DNA of 64,000 bases from the human T2T-CHM13v2.0 reference genome, Homo sapiens (GCF_009914755.1 NC_060940.1), one strand, 5' to 3'. Shown: positions 29,511-45,766, numbered from the stretch's first letter. Notes: generated from the letters alone by a model not told the origin. A program made the numbers and translations.

Positions 29511-30133
29511 TTCCCCTCATGACACCGACACAACAAAAAAGAGTTATTCCACTAATTCCCTTGATGGTCAGTTTAGGACTTTCTGCCTCCACTATTGCTC
29601 TCAGTACTGGAATAGCAGGCATTTCAACCTCTGTCACGACCTTCCGTAGCCTGTCTAATGACTTCTCTGCTAGCTTCACAGACATATCACAAACTTTATC
29701 AGTCCTCCAGGCCCAAGTTGACTCTTTAGCTGCAGTTGTCCTCCAAAACCGCTGAGGCCTTGACTTACTCACTGCTGAAAAAGGAGGACTCTGTATATTC
29801 TTAAATGAAGAGAGTTGTTTTTACCTAAATCAATCTGGCCAGGTGTATGACAACAAAAAAACTCAAGGATAGAGCCCAAAAACTTGCCAACCAAGCAAGT
29901 AATTACGCTGAATCCCTTGGGCACTCTCTAATTGGATGTCCTGGGTCCTCCCAATTTTTAGTCCTTTAATACCCATTTTTCTCCTTCTTTTATTCGGACC
30001 TTGTATCTTCCATTTAGTTTCTCAATTCATCCAAAACCGTATCCAGGCCATGACCAATCATTCTATACGACAAATGTTTCTTCTAACATCCCCACAATAT
30101 CACCCCTTACCACAAGACCTCCCTTCAGCTTAA
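29511..30133 (+). pseudogene. env: HERV-H env TM remnant (cleavage site, fusion peptide, immunosuppressive domain, membrane anchor, tail), disrupted
   Basis: TQQKR|VIPLIPLMVSLGLS...[26 protein letters not shown]...MSWVLPIFSPLIPIFLLLLFGPCIF...LPSA*. TGA at 29753-29755 and frameshifting between ~29850 and ~29920. Confidence 0.93.
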
Positions 30134-30295
30134 TCTCTCCCACTCTAGGTTCCCACGCTGCCCCTAATCCCGCTTGAAGCAGCCCTGAGAAACATCACCC
30201 ATTCTCTCTCCATACCACCGCCCAAAAATTTTCGCCGCCCCAACACTTCAACACTATTTTGTGTTATTTTTCTTATTAATATAAGAAGGCAGGAA

Positions 30296-30695
30296 TATCA
30301 GGCCTCTGAACCCAAGCCAAGCCATCGCATCCCCTGTGACTTGCAGGTATACATCCAGATGGCCTGAAGTAACTGAAGATCCACAAAAGAAGTAAAAATA
30401 GCCTTAACTGATGACATTCCAACATTGTGATTTGTTCCTGCCCCACCCTAACTGATCAATGTACTTTGTAATTCTCCCCACCCTTGAGAATGTACTTTGT
30501 GAGATCCACCCCTACCCGCAAAACATTGCTCTTAACTTCACCACCTATCCCAAAACCTGTAAGAACTAATGATAATACACCACCCTTTGCTGACTCTCTT
30601 TTCGGACTCAGCCCACCTGCACCCAGGTGAAATAAACAGCTTTATTGCTCACACAAACCCTGTTTGGTGGTCTCTTCACAGGGACGCACATGAAA
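30296..30695 (+). promoter_or_regulatory. 3' LTR, LTR7 family (LTR7B-like), preceded by the polypurine tract
   Basis: aagaaggcaggaa then tatcaggcctctgaaccc..catgaaa. Confidence 0.93.
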
Positions 30696-30740
30696 CTTCA
30701 CACAGCAGCTATTTGCCCTTAGGCACCTCCATTTCCTTTA

Positions 30741-31113
<373 letters not shown>

Positions 31114-33689
31114 AAGATAAAATGGAAAACAAAGGTGAAAGGGGTATATCAATTGTAAAGTATAATGCAAAATATACGTAGCTAATATTTTCTACTATCT
31201 TTTTTAGCAACCATTACTAGTGTCATATTTTGAATTCATAGAACATTATGGCTACTAAGTATATGAACATCAGGTGTTTGAAAAGTCAGATAAAACTTGG
31301 GCCTGTGTCCATCTTTGAGGAAAGGGAGGAGACAGGAAAATGAGTTTTAAGTTCGTCCAATCAATTAAAACTAAATTCCTGGTGGCGTAAGTTGTTTCTG
31401 GTTTTGACATTTTTGTCCCCATAGGTGGTGAGCACAGAGCCTAGGTGGACTACTAGGTCACTTTTACTTTAATTTCTCTTTGCCACAAAAACAGACTCTG
31501 CCTGGAGTTCAACAATAAAACATTTTAAAGTAGGCAATAAAAAAAAATCACAGTTTTTTATCCATTAATGTAGCTGTATTTTAGACACAGTCTCCAGATT
31601 ATTCCTTTTTTTATAATGAGGATGACATTTTCTTTGGTGTTGCTTTAAAAATGTAGACTGTAAATGCTGAGAAAGAGGCAATTCTTACACAGTGCATTAA
31701 GTGCATTATATTAATTAATTTACATGTCTTTACTGTGCCTCATTCATCCAATTCACACATCTTCCCTAGACCTCAATTTACTATGAAAGCAGTGTCTCTC
31801 CTTACACTTTAATTTGGACCAAGACCAAGTGAAACCAAGATGGAAGGGAGATATAAAAAAAGGTGGACATGGTTTATTATAGGGAGAGAGGAAGCAAAAT
31901 GGCCTCTTAGATATTTCCAACAGAGGACATGACATTTTCAGAAGAGTCAAAAAAAATTTGTAAAGTCACCTTTTCCATTTCGTCACCCATTTACTGTTGG
32001 TATATTCATGGCTAGTTACAAGAAAAGGCAGGGTAAAGTCACACTAGGGAACAGTAATTCACTTAGGTAATCATCAGAAAGGAGTAATGGGGAAGTTTCT
32101 AAAATGCCAGTGTACACAAGATATTGTTGTGGTACGATTAATGAGCCAAAGGGAGAAATGCCCTTCAAGTAGGCTGACAGTTGCCAAGTCCTCTGACATT
32201 TTACCATGTGGCCACAGCCTCTTAAATTCCTTCTGATGCTGAACTCCACTGTAAGATCAGAAAGGTAAATGAGAACAAGAGCAGAAGTTCATTCTTCTGA
32301 GGAATTCATGATTTCCTAGTGTAGCTTGTGAATCTCTAATTGCTGCTGCCAATCATGTTTGGCCTTCTTACCTGATCTTTAGTCTGTCAAGCTCATCAAT
32401 AAAGATTTTCAGCTCAGTAAAAGCAGAAGATTCCAAAACTACAATGGTTCTCTATGACTAAACACATTACTCAATTCTAATATGGCTTTTGGTTTTCTCG
32501 CTATTGCCTTAAGTCTTAACTTTTCCCTAATGTCATTCACTCTTATGTCATCTTTCTCTGCCTTCTATACCTGGCATCAAAGCAGAATACCCAACTCTTT
32601 CTTCCTGCAGTCATCTAGACAGACAAGCACAAGTACGTTTATCTTTTTAAGGATTACACCCTGATTAATAAGGGAAAGGTAGAATGATACTGACAAAATA
32701 ACAATGAAAGAATAAACTAATATTTCAGACTTATATACAGTTATCACAGTTCATGGCTCTAGACTGTAGTTTCTACCATCCTTTTAATATTATAAATGGA
32801 CATAACATTTGGCTGACATTCTTAAATATTTTTCCTATGCTTTTAACTCACTGACTATTTCTCAGTCTTACAGTCTAAACACTATGATGATATGTGTTTT
32901 GATAATTCTTAAAGTGAACACGTCTCAATCAACTATACTGCACAGCACAGAACACAGCACTTCCTTGTTCAAATTGTTAATGTGTGTAACTAAGCACTGC
33001 AGCTTGGGTTAGGTTTCTTTTGCCACTCCTGCTTTCCAAGAGTGACTCTCACCTTCTTCTCCTTACACATCTTTTTTTCTCAGATCTTAGATCCAATTCG
33101 GGAAAACTCATAGGATCCCCAAGCAGGTTACTTCATAGGTTAGCAACAGGATCATCCCCATGGTGTCCATGTCTCCTTCTACCCCAGTTCCTGTAACCAG
33201 GTCCCTGCCTCTTCTCTGCTTTGCTCTTCCTAATATCACCCTGTTATTGGGGTCATCCCTTACCCTATGCGGCTTATTACACTCCCCAAGAATTTCATTC
33301 AGAGCATAGGAAGTCCCCTGTATCCTTGGAGCCATATGCTCTTGTGAAACCTGGTTAGATGATTTGGTATCTGTCCTGGCCACTTCCTATGTTTCATTCT
33401 ACTGCTTGTACAGAAAGTAGACTTGCCTATAACCATGGCTCCATTCAAAATGCAGACATTTTTATCATTAAGGAAAGATCAATTTTGATGCATACAAAAA
33501 TCTCTGGAATGGGAGTGTAGATGCCTCTAAGGAACTACTTTCAGGATCTTTAGTCGGTCCCCTCTATCCCAGCCCCTCATGAATTAACTGTAAGTGTGTC
33601 TGTGCCCACAGGTTCAGTTTCACCCTGTGGCTTAGTGAACGACACAATTGGGGCAAGAAAAATACCAATTGACGTTTATTACTCATGGT

Positions 33690-33840
33690 ATGAATGATTT
33701 ACAAATATATCCTTTCATCCTTCATAGATGTGGAAACTGAGGCTCAGAGTTTAGTTAATCTACCCAAAGTAGCAAGGCTATTAAATGGCAGAGCCATCTT
33801 TCTAATTTCCAAAATCCTTGCTCTTAATTTAACGTCAAAG
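33690..33840 (-). mobile_element. MIR
   Basis: catagatgtggaaactgaggctcagag..cccaaagt..taaatggcagagcc. Confidence 0.7.
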
Positions 33841-34084
33841 CTGTATTAGAATTGTTGCAGAGAGGTCTTGAAGTGGAGACCTGCTTTTTTGAACTAAAGC
33901 CTAAAAGGCACTGGGAAAAAAATTACGGCTGAATTCCCAGCCAGCTAAAGCAGACCTTGCACATTGCAGATGCTCAATAAATATTTATTAAGTGAAATAT
34001 ACAGTGGTCTAATATTAAAATAGAATTGGAAGCAGAGTTAGGAAATTTCTAATCTGTCAGTTTTGTGTTAATCCCTTAATAATC

Positions 34085-34240
34085 AAGTTAGGTCTGTAGA
34101 CCAGTGGCATGGCTTCTTCATAAAGCTTATTAGAAATGCAAACTCTCAAGCTTCACCCTAGAGGCCAAGAATCAACATCTGCATTTTAACAAGATCTTCC
34201 AGATGATCTGTATGCAAATTAATGTTAGAACAGCTTTGGC
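34085..34240. mobile_element. MER5-family hAT MITE
   Basis: cttattagaaatgcaaactctc..aatcaacatctgcattttaacaagatcttccagatgat. Confidence 0.75.
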
Positions 34241-36082
34241 CTAAGCTTGGTCAGAGAGTTCATTGAGGCAGAATGGCTTTGAATATCTCGTTATTTGTAT
34301 AACGATTCCTCACTTCTTTTGGCTGTCTGCTAATTGAACAGACTCCCTCAATTAGACGCTATTGTCCAAGACTAAAGCCCGCTAAAAACCCTTTGTAAAT
34401 AAAGGTGTAGAGTCATCTTCCTATGTTTGGTAGAAAGTTAGAGTTCTCTACCTTTTTCTGGCTTAGCTTGTGAACTAATCTGCAGTTTTCTGCTACTGAT
34501 AGTATTAGAGAAATATTTTTGACAAAGGATAAATACAGCACCAACAAATGTTTTCATTGCATCAATTTTACTCTCTCTCCCTTGCCCCACTGGTAACAAA
34601 ACAACATCATTACATACATGTAAGTAATTTTGGATGTTGGGAGAGGAAGGAATTGGTGGAAATAAACTTAGAAACTTATTCTTTAAAACAATCTGGAAAC
34701 TTTTAAAGTTTTTATAAATATCTCAGACTGAATGAAGCCTTTAAAAATTATTATTAACAAAATAGAGCCATATGACCAATAATCTAATATTCTTCTATTC
34801 ACATGGCCACTCTCTGGTACCCTCATTTATATTACCTCAGCAATCCAGAGAACACTGGGGAACGAGGTATGCTTGTTGGAGGGGGTGATCTTTTCGTTTG
34901 TTTTCTAATTAAATAACTTATAAGCTTAAAAGAAATGATTACTTAAGATGCTTTCAGTACCTTTAAGAACAAAATAACAATAATCTCATTTGGAGCTATC
35001 AACAGAACACGCAAAACTAGTGTGATTTGGGGCTGAAACAAAAGTTTTTAATAAATAAGTTTCCTACTCTAAAATAATATTGCTAGACCTAAAACAGTGA
35101 ATTCAGTTCTGGCTATAAGGTTTTAAAAAACGGCAAAATTGAATCCTTTCAGTGATGAAGAATCAAGATGATGAAGGGAAAATTAAGGAATGATGGCAGG
35201 ACCTGGAAATATTTCAAATGGAGAACTTTCATTCCAAGGAATGAATATTTGGCATATACTATAATAAGAGAGATCAGAACTCCCGTGAGTGACCTAATAG
35301 TATAGAAAGACTGCCTGTGGTGGAAATAAATTTGTTGGTAATGGTTAGAATTGTTTGAGGAAGGTTCTTACTACAGGAAATTGTATTCAGAGGCTAAATA
35401 AACAAACAAGAACAAACCTATTGGTAGTGCTGGGGAGAAGGATAGTCAGAAAACATCTCACTTATCTGTACATTCAGGACTTGATATTTGGTAGATGATC
35501 AGCAATTGTATACATGCAAACTTGTTATTTCTTGCCTCAACTGGATCTAGTGTTTGACCCTCCAATATTAGTTCCTCCCTCAAATCTTAAAGACAACTAG
35601 AGAGAGACTAATTCTAAAATTTAGCTAATGGATTCAGGTGCTTGTCTGTTTCCCCTTCCATCTCTCTATATATGTAGTTCAATAATTATAGTATGCTATC
35701 ATGATTTTCATCATATCTGCAAAAAGTCTCTACTTATCTTCCTTTTGATTGACTCTTTTTAATGTAAACAAATGTATCCTAAAGGGAAACCTTATGTTAC
35801 TACACAGGAGAAATTAACAAGCGTTAATAAAGTGGTAAAGACATGTTAACTTAAAGCTAAGGCTTCTTTAGTAATGCAATTAGAATGGACAAGAAAGTAA
35901 CTTCCTCAGCAATTCAATGGCATTTGTTTCCAGTGTCTGTCTACCCTCTATAAAATGTTTCAATGTTTACTCACACTTTCCAGTTAAATGGTCTATGTAT
36001 TAGGGCAGTAGGATTTTGATACCTATTTTTAGGTGGTTGTCTAGTTCATAAAACAATTTTTGCTTTGACTCATACTGTATAA

Positions 36083-37888
<1,806 letters not shown>

Positions 37889-40362
37889 ACCCTCTAACCC
37901 ATTAACTTATTTGCATGACAGGTTTTGTCTCCCAGAATCCCCTACATTTTATTTCACTTAAGTTACACTATCGTTGACAAAATCCCCTGAGATTCTATTT
38001 TTAATACTTGTCTGCTTTCTCTAGATAAACTTTGACTACTTGTGGATAATAAAAGATTTGGTTAAGGTAGTATTAGAGGTGAATCTTTTTTATGCAATCC
38101 AGGAACAGAGCTATCATTTAAAATGTAAATTGCATTCCCATGTGAACCTTGCTTTCCAAGTCATGTGCTATGTGTGAGAAAAAGGCAAAATGATTAATGG
38201 CAGGGTCTTGCATGCAGAGGAAGATCGATTCTTTGTGCTGAACATTCTGGTGATATATTCTAAATCTGACATGTGCCTGTGGCTTTACCCCATTACAGCT
38301 GGCATTCTGCAACTTCCGGGGGCTGGGTGACATTGCATAAAGCACACAGGCCTTTGAATCTGACAAACTGGAGCATGAGGCCAAACTCCCTACTAATAAT
38401 TGTGAGGCTCTGAGCTAGTCTTTGAACCATTCAGAGCTTTACTGGTTTTCTCAAAATATTGAAATGTAATGTCTTTATGCATGGACATGAGGCCTCTCAA
38501 CATAGGTGCCAGTGCCCTTCAAGTGAGCCAGGTGAATACATGTTGAGGGTTACACAGTAGGTCTAAATCCCTGTATATCTCAACGCAGAGCATAAGGAGA
38601 CTAGCATAAAGTGATCTTGGAAGAGTTATTGGCAAATATTAGATGTCTCCTACTGCAGGAAGGCAAATAAAAGATATCAAAAAATTGACCCTACCAAAAA
38701 AATTAGGGTACTTTTCATCAACTCTGAATGTGAAAACACACTGTACATAACAGCTGTTTTTAATGAATACTGCAATCTAAATAACCAATGTACACTTCAT
38801 TTTCAAAAATCATATCATCCAAAGAGAAGACTATTTTTCCTTTTTTTATTATTAAGCTTTTACTTTTCTTGACATTTTATAATATCCAATTCTCAAGAAA
38901 ACAATATGTAAAAAGTTAATGAAAGCAGAATATAACTTGTATTAAACCTTTTAAAAAGTCTGCATGCATGAACTCACATCAAACACATACACACACACAC
39001 ATGCACGCACATACACGAACATGTACGTACCCTGCAAGCATCCTCCTTGCTATGTTGACTATGATAGTTAAGAAAAATGAATGTGTTCGGGAATTACTGT
39101 TCAGTAGTTTAGAAAATGGGATTTAAGATCGGTTTAAACAAGGTGATAAAGACCTTTCAACCCTTTTCCCTCTTGTTTTATATAGTTTCATTTTTTTTTT
39201 TTTTTGCTCAACAGTATACCCTAGACAGATATCTACATGTTTGACATAATGAAACAATGTCATTACTCTGTTCTAACAAATTCCCAGTGTAATAATAAGC
39301 CAAATAACTTCTTACCCACTACAAATATCTGTGTCAAAGAGGAATGAAAATTGCATAGACTGGAGCTATTTCCCTCTCCTCAGACCTCCGTATCTAGGTG
39401 TCTTTTTTCATAGCTTAAGCTATAAATTGAATGGCATAATTTGATGATGGACATAGAACTGCATATTAGTTTTTATTTTGACAAAATCATTAAACATCAC
39501 ATAGGTTGAAAAATGAATCATGAAGCCCTAAGCCTGCCTTAGAAGATTGCACTTCATAAACTGAATTGCTCACATGGGCAACATTTTGGTGGAAGTTATA
39601 GATTTTCTAGCATATCTCTGATAGATAGGACTAATATAACTTCAATAAAAACTCTGGATATGTCAATATAAAATTTTCCTTACCATTGAAAGATGTAAGA
39701 TACTCCAACTAATAAATCGGATGACAACATATTCCTTAAGGTATACTAACTTACATATTGGGTTACAACAAGCAAAAAATCATCGAGGTAATAAACCTCA
39801 GTCACAGAGGGCCCATTGGAGAAGGTTTCTCTCCATTGCAAGAGTTCATATGATGGCTGTAGATATGAAATACTCCCTGAATGTTAATTTCCAGTAATTG
39901 ACTCAGCTCTATAGGTAATGACTTAGAACTACATAAAAGCTGTACCTGAATGTCATGTATGCCACCTATATTTATGACACTTCATATGAATTATATGGGT
40001 GGTGTAATCAAATTGGTCCTGAAGTGCAAGGTAAACTGAAAAATCAAAGTGAAGAAAGTCTAATTTATGCATTTACCAACAATTTTTCTGTTACTTGAAA
40101 TAGTGTATTACTTGATGTTTCTGGCCTCATTATCATTATTTGAAAATTGAGGATGATAATGAATATTTCTTAGGGAGGCTACAAGGGTTAAGTGTTGAAG
40201 CAAGCAGCCCAATCCTTGGCAGCTGAGAGATGTTAGTTTCCTTGCCTCACCCATTCAGGTTGCTTTTCACCTTCATGACTTATACTGCTCTTGATAATAT
40301 GCCTTATGTGTGATCCATTATTTTTCCTTCTACTTCATTTATTTTGGGAACATAAATCACTT

Positions 40363-41052
<690 letters not shown>

Positions 41053-42719
41053 CTATCATTGTGTGTCTACGGAAAACAATCTTTGTTCAGAATCCTACTT
41101 CTTGGCAATTGAGTTTCAAACTTACTAGATTTTGTTAGCTAGTGAACATCAGGCTATATAATAGTTTTGCTTCTAAGAAAGACTATAAAATACACTTAAT
41201 AACAAGGAGGCAGGTTTTATTTTTAATCTTTGTAAGCACTAGGCAGGCACCTCGATTTTTAGGATGTCAAATTTGCATCATATCATACATATTAAAATGC
41301 TTTAAATATCAGTTTTTAGAACAAGTAAAAAAGCCTTCTAACAATTTGCTTTTCTAATTATTTGACCATGAGTAATTTATTTAATTTAAAATTTAATATG
41401 CTTCATTAGAAAACATAGTGCCCACCGAAAAGTTATTCCAAAGTCACAAAACTAAACCCACATGTTTTCAATAAGATGGACATTTTGTGATGGCTAATTT
41501 AACAATGCATTCCATTAATTTAAAAAGTAATGAGTTGTCTTAATGTTATCTTTCTAGATACTTAAATTTTTATTAATTTATGTTATTTTATTTTTTATGT
41601 TATTCAGCCTCTTTTGCCTAATTTGTTGATCTGAAAGTTGAAGATATTAATGTCTCTTAGAGTGGTAATTTTTGTTAGACCCTGAAACAAATAAAACAAT
41701 GCTTTGAATCTTAAATACTGTGTGCTTATTGCCTCAAAAGAAGACATATTTCATCTTGCAGTAAATCCTTTTTTGTCTTCATTTCTGACTTTTTCTTCCA
41801 GAGATTCAAGATATTTCTGTAAATCCATTAGACGCTCATAGTTTATAAGCATAATGGCAATCACAGTCAATGGAGTGGAGAAACTCAACTTTGTTGTGTT
41901 CTGAATTCGAAGAAAATATTTATCATAGTCTCTGTTACAGTCCTTAACCGTAGTCCGTAAATGAATAAACTACCCCTCCAGAAACGGAAAACATGGATAT
42001 TATTATCTTAATGATTAACCTCTCCTTTAATTTTAAACACAGCCATGAAACAAGTTTATTATTGTTAATGGTTTGAACCCCAGTTTAAAGACTGTTTACA
42101 TTCTTTTATATGAGGCAGAAACACCCTAACTCTCTGATCTCCAGTGATCTTAGAAGGCAATCAGGAATAAAGGCAAGAGACTTAAGTTATTTCTTTTTTG
42201 AATGTTTTATCAACAACTATTATTTGATATCCACCTCTCAAAATTTGACTGCATCTTCCCATTCCAGAAAATACTCCAATCTCAACAAGCTCACTTCCTA
42301 AATTTCATCTTGATGAGAGTCTACAGATTAGGCTCACATTGCTGCCTGTCTTCTCATACCTGGAAACAAAAATTACTTAACAAAGTAACTCCATTATCTG
42401 TTATTTCTATTGTCCTGCATGATTCATCACGTAAATCTGTTTCCAAAATTTAATATTCAATTCAACAAACTGAATCTGTGCTGTAAGTTGTAGGAATCAA
42501 AAAGCAATCAAGAGATGGGGATGTTTCCACATTTCTCACAACAGATTTGAAGACATAAGATTTCCACATCCTCTGGAATTCTAAGGTACATAGTAGAAGG
42601 AATGAAATGAATCTAAAACAGAAACAATATGCATAAATTCATATTAAATGTATGCCATAAAAGCCATAAAAGTGTTTTAAACACTTATGGGCATGTAAAG
42701 GGAGAGGCTGGTTTCCATC

Positions 42720-43216
42720 TGTGATGGACAGAATAGTAACCCATCAAGATGTGCATGTTCACATCCCCAGAAGCTGAGAATATATTATCTTACATGGCAT
42801 GTGAATATATTATTTACATGTAAAGATAATATATTGTCTTACATAACTTTGAAGTTTGTAGACATGATTAAATTAAGGTTCTTGAAATGGAAAAGATTAC
42901 TCAGGATTATCTGAGTAAGCCTGATGCAATTACAAAAGGCTTTTTAGGAGGGTCAGGGTCAGAGAGACAAAGACGACCCACTGCTGGCTTTGCTCGGAGA
43001 GGAAAGGACCACAAGCCAAGGGATGCAGGAGGCTTCTAGAATAAGCAAAAGAAAGGAAATGGATTTTCACTTAGAGTGTCTAGAAGGAGTGTAGTCCTGC
43101 CAACATCTGGATTTTAACCCAGTGAGATTTCTGACCCACAGAACTCACAGGTGATAAATTTGCATGGTTCTAAGCCAGTCCATTTGTGGTAACCTGCTGC
43201 AGTAGCAATAGAAAAC
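42720..43216 (+). mobile_element. MLT1D-like MaLR LTR
   Basis: tgtgatggacagaatagt..gattaaattaagg..cctgccaacatctggatttta..gtagcaatagaaaac. Confidence 0.82.
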
Positions 43217-43377
43217 CATTAGATCTCATGAGAACTTACTCGCTATCAAAAGAACATGGTGGGGGAAACTGCCCCCACGATTGAATTATCTTTACCTGGT
43301 CCCTCCCACTTCATGTGGGGATTATGGGAGCTACAATTTAAGATGAGACTTGGGTGGGGACAAGCCAAACCATATCA
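43217..43377 (-). mobile_element. THE1/MST LTR fragment abutting the MLT1D
   Basis: agatctcatgagaacttactc..gggagctacaatttaagatgagacttgggtggggacaagccaaaccatatca. Confidence 0.85.
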
Positions 43378-45766
43378 ATCTTTATGGTGGAAACTTCATA
43401 TTAGTAAGGAAAAAATATACCTGGAAACAGACTTGAATAATTTTTCTATTGAAAGGATTTGATTCTGGGTCACTGCTACTTTCTTATCCTAAACATATTC
43501 TGGCTTAGAAAAAATAGAAATCTGAAAATAAAGAGAAATTGTTTCCCAGAGCAAAAATAAAAGATATATTTTAATATATAAATTCATAATCCTGTTGCAC
43601 ACAATGACAAAGACAAAAGTTTCAAATTGCTAAGCTTCCGAACAATTCTGCAAAATAGTTTAGCTAGCATTCTAAATATTCCAAAAGAATGGCTGACAAA
43701 TTCTACCCAAGCTAGTGGAACTGTTTTGCTTTTCACATAGCATAGGGATGTAAAAAGAACAAAGAATTAGCTAAAATGGCCTAGTATAAAGAGGGTTAAG
43801 AAGAGACAACACTGAACCTGTCTAAGCATAAAATATAACATAAGAGTAGAGGGAGTTCTAATTCTATTAAACACAGTGTCTTCAGTGGGAAAATTGAACG
43901 GGTCAAGACTCGTCAGATTGTATTAAGTGAAAGAAGATGGCTAATGGCATGTCACTGAGATCGATGCATGGCCCACCTCTGCCTATCTAGTGGCATGGCT
44001 TCCCATCATGGTGCACAGATGTGTAAGTTACAGGAAATTGGAAAGAATAGTTAACTGCCAAGAGGAAGGTTTAAGAAGCACATTCCTCTAAAATGGCCAT
44101 ACAATGCCACTGTAAAATTTTCAGTTTCCAGCAAAGGTTTTATAAAAAAAAGGAAATTAACACTGCTTGCATAAATAATTATATTACAATGCTCTATTAT
44201 AAAAGCTGATTTGATATTGACTCATTATTTTACATACAAAATTCGTAAGTGCAATGTTCACATGGAAATATTAGCTACTAATACATAGGCTCTAGTCATT
44301 AACTGATAGTAAACTGCTATCATTAAATGAATAATATTAGCTTCCACCATTTGCCTTTGACTTTATTGTGTCACTATATTCTTGCAAATAACTTCTGAAG
44401 ATGGCAACATTAACCCTATTCTACAAATGTGAAGACTGAGTTTTAGGGAGCTTTCACTTGCTGAGGGTCATGCTGCTAAAATGATAGTCGAGTTTATTCT
44501 AATCTCAGTTTATCTGATCTTGGAGTTTAAGATTTTTTAACAACTATATGCAAATGCACATACATAGACTGCATAAAGGCAAGTCTATCCTGTATATTTA
44601 TGTATGTAGGTAGGTATGTATGTAGGTATATGTGCATGTATCTATGTATCTATACACATATTGTTAGTGGGCATCGTTTTTATGTATCTTTCAGAATTGT
44701 CCTTCACAAGAGCAATCTGAGGAAGTCATAGGTACTACCCTTCAGGTGTGAATACAGTGGCCTCGGACAAGGAGAGGTTGTGGGTAATAGGGAGGTGTAA
44801 GGAGAAAGAAAAATTGCTAGGGTTTTATTTCTACTATGTGAAGGTAAAAAGAAGCAAGGTAGCAACTTAAAGCCCCATGTATCTTTCAAAGCATTCTAAG
44901 AGGCACATTAAGCCAAAGTGAGAAATTGATATGGAATCTTACTAAAGAAGTTAGAATTTCCAGACTGAAGAAAATAAGCTGCTAAACCTATCTTCACTTC
45001 TTAGGATATGCCAAAATCTCATCCTTTGCCATTGACACAAAACATTTTTTAAAAATACAAAACAGTTTTTCCAATTGTTATAATATTTTCTTTTTTTAAC
45101 ATATATGCTTTATAAGTGTGCTTAAGTCTATGAATGTATGTAAAGATACATATCTTTGTCATGTAGATGCATAAATTTTCTATAACATGGAGACTTTCTG
45201 CTCAACAAGATGACAAGGCAAAAACATACTGAAATTCTGATTTCCACAGTGATAGTTTTGGATTCAAATTCTTATTTTTAATAAGTATTATCATATTTAT
45301 TATAAACATTAAAATATTATTACACATCCCTTAGGATTCATGTGAAAAAATAAAAGAATTAAGACATACATACAGTATCACAATAATGAAAAGAATTATT
45401 AGAGCTTCAAAGTTTTTTGTTGTTTGTTTTTTGTAATTCTCAATTTTATTTGAATCATAAAATGGTTTCAGGTGATGTGTGAAAAGAGATATTCTCTGTC
45501 CAAGTTATGTGTTCACAGTAGTAAATGGTTATGTAAAGACACTCAAAGGTGAGTGAAATAACACTGTACAATGAATATGTGCTTTCATTGGTGTGTGCAT
45601 TAAATTACCTCTGATTTCTATTGTGAGTTGACTTAATATGCAAGAGCATCTATCTCTGTACCCTATATCCTAGACAGGCAATATTTTGTAATTAATTCTG
45701 CATCTCAATTTATTGGTCACAGGCAATGTCCTGGGTAAGTACAGGCCTGTACATATGAATACAAAG

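Larger units (their letters stand above)
28969..30695 (+). mobile_element. HERV-H mini-provirus: LTR, PBS, inverted leader, env TM, PPT, LTR
   Basis: Two collinear 400-bp LTRs, 5-bp TSD cttca (28964-28968 / 30696-30700), His PBS, env TM translation, polypurine tract. Confidence 0.96.

Noticed and set aside
28969-30695. HERV-H as an L1-mediated processed copy of a spliced env mRNA
   Set aside because: It has complete U3 at the 5' end and U5 at the 3' end, no polyA tail and a 5-bp TSD. The leader is inverted rather than spliced, and the env junction is at the SU/TM border.
30296-30695. Canonical plus-strand GG>AG APOBEC3G editing in the 3' LTR
   Set aside because: The four sites with A in the 3' LTR and G in the 5' LTR that appear 3'-derived are in GT, GC or CpG contexts, not GG.
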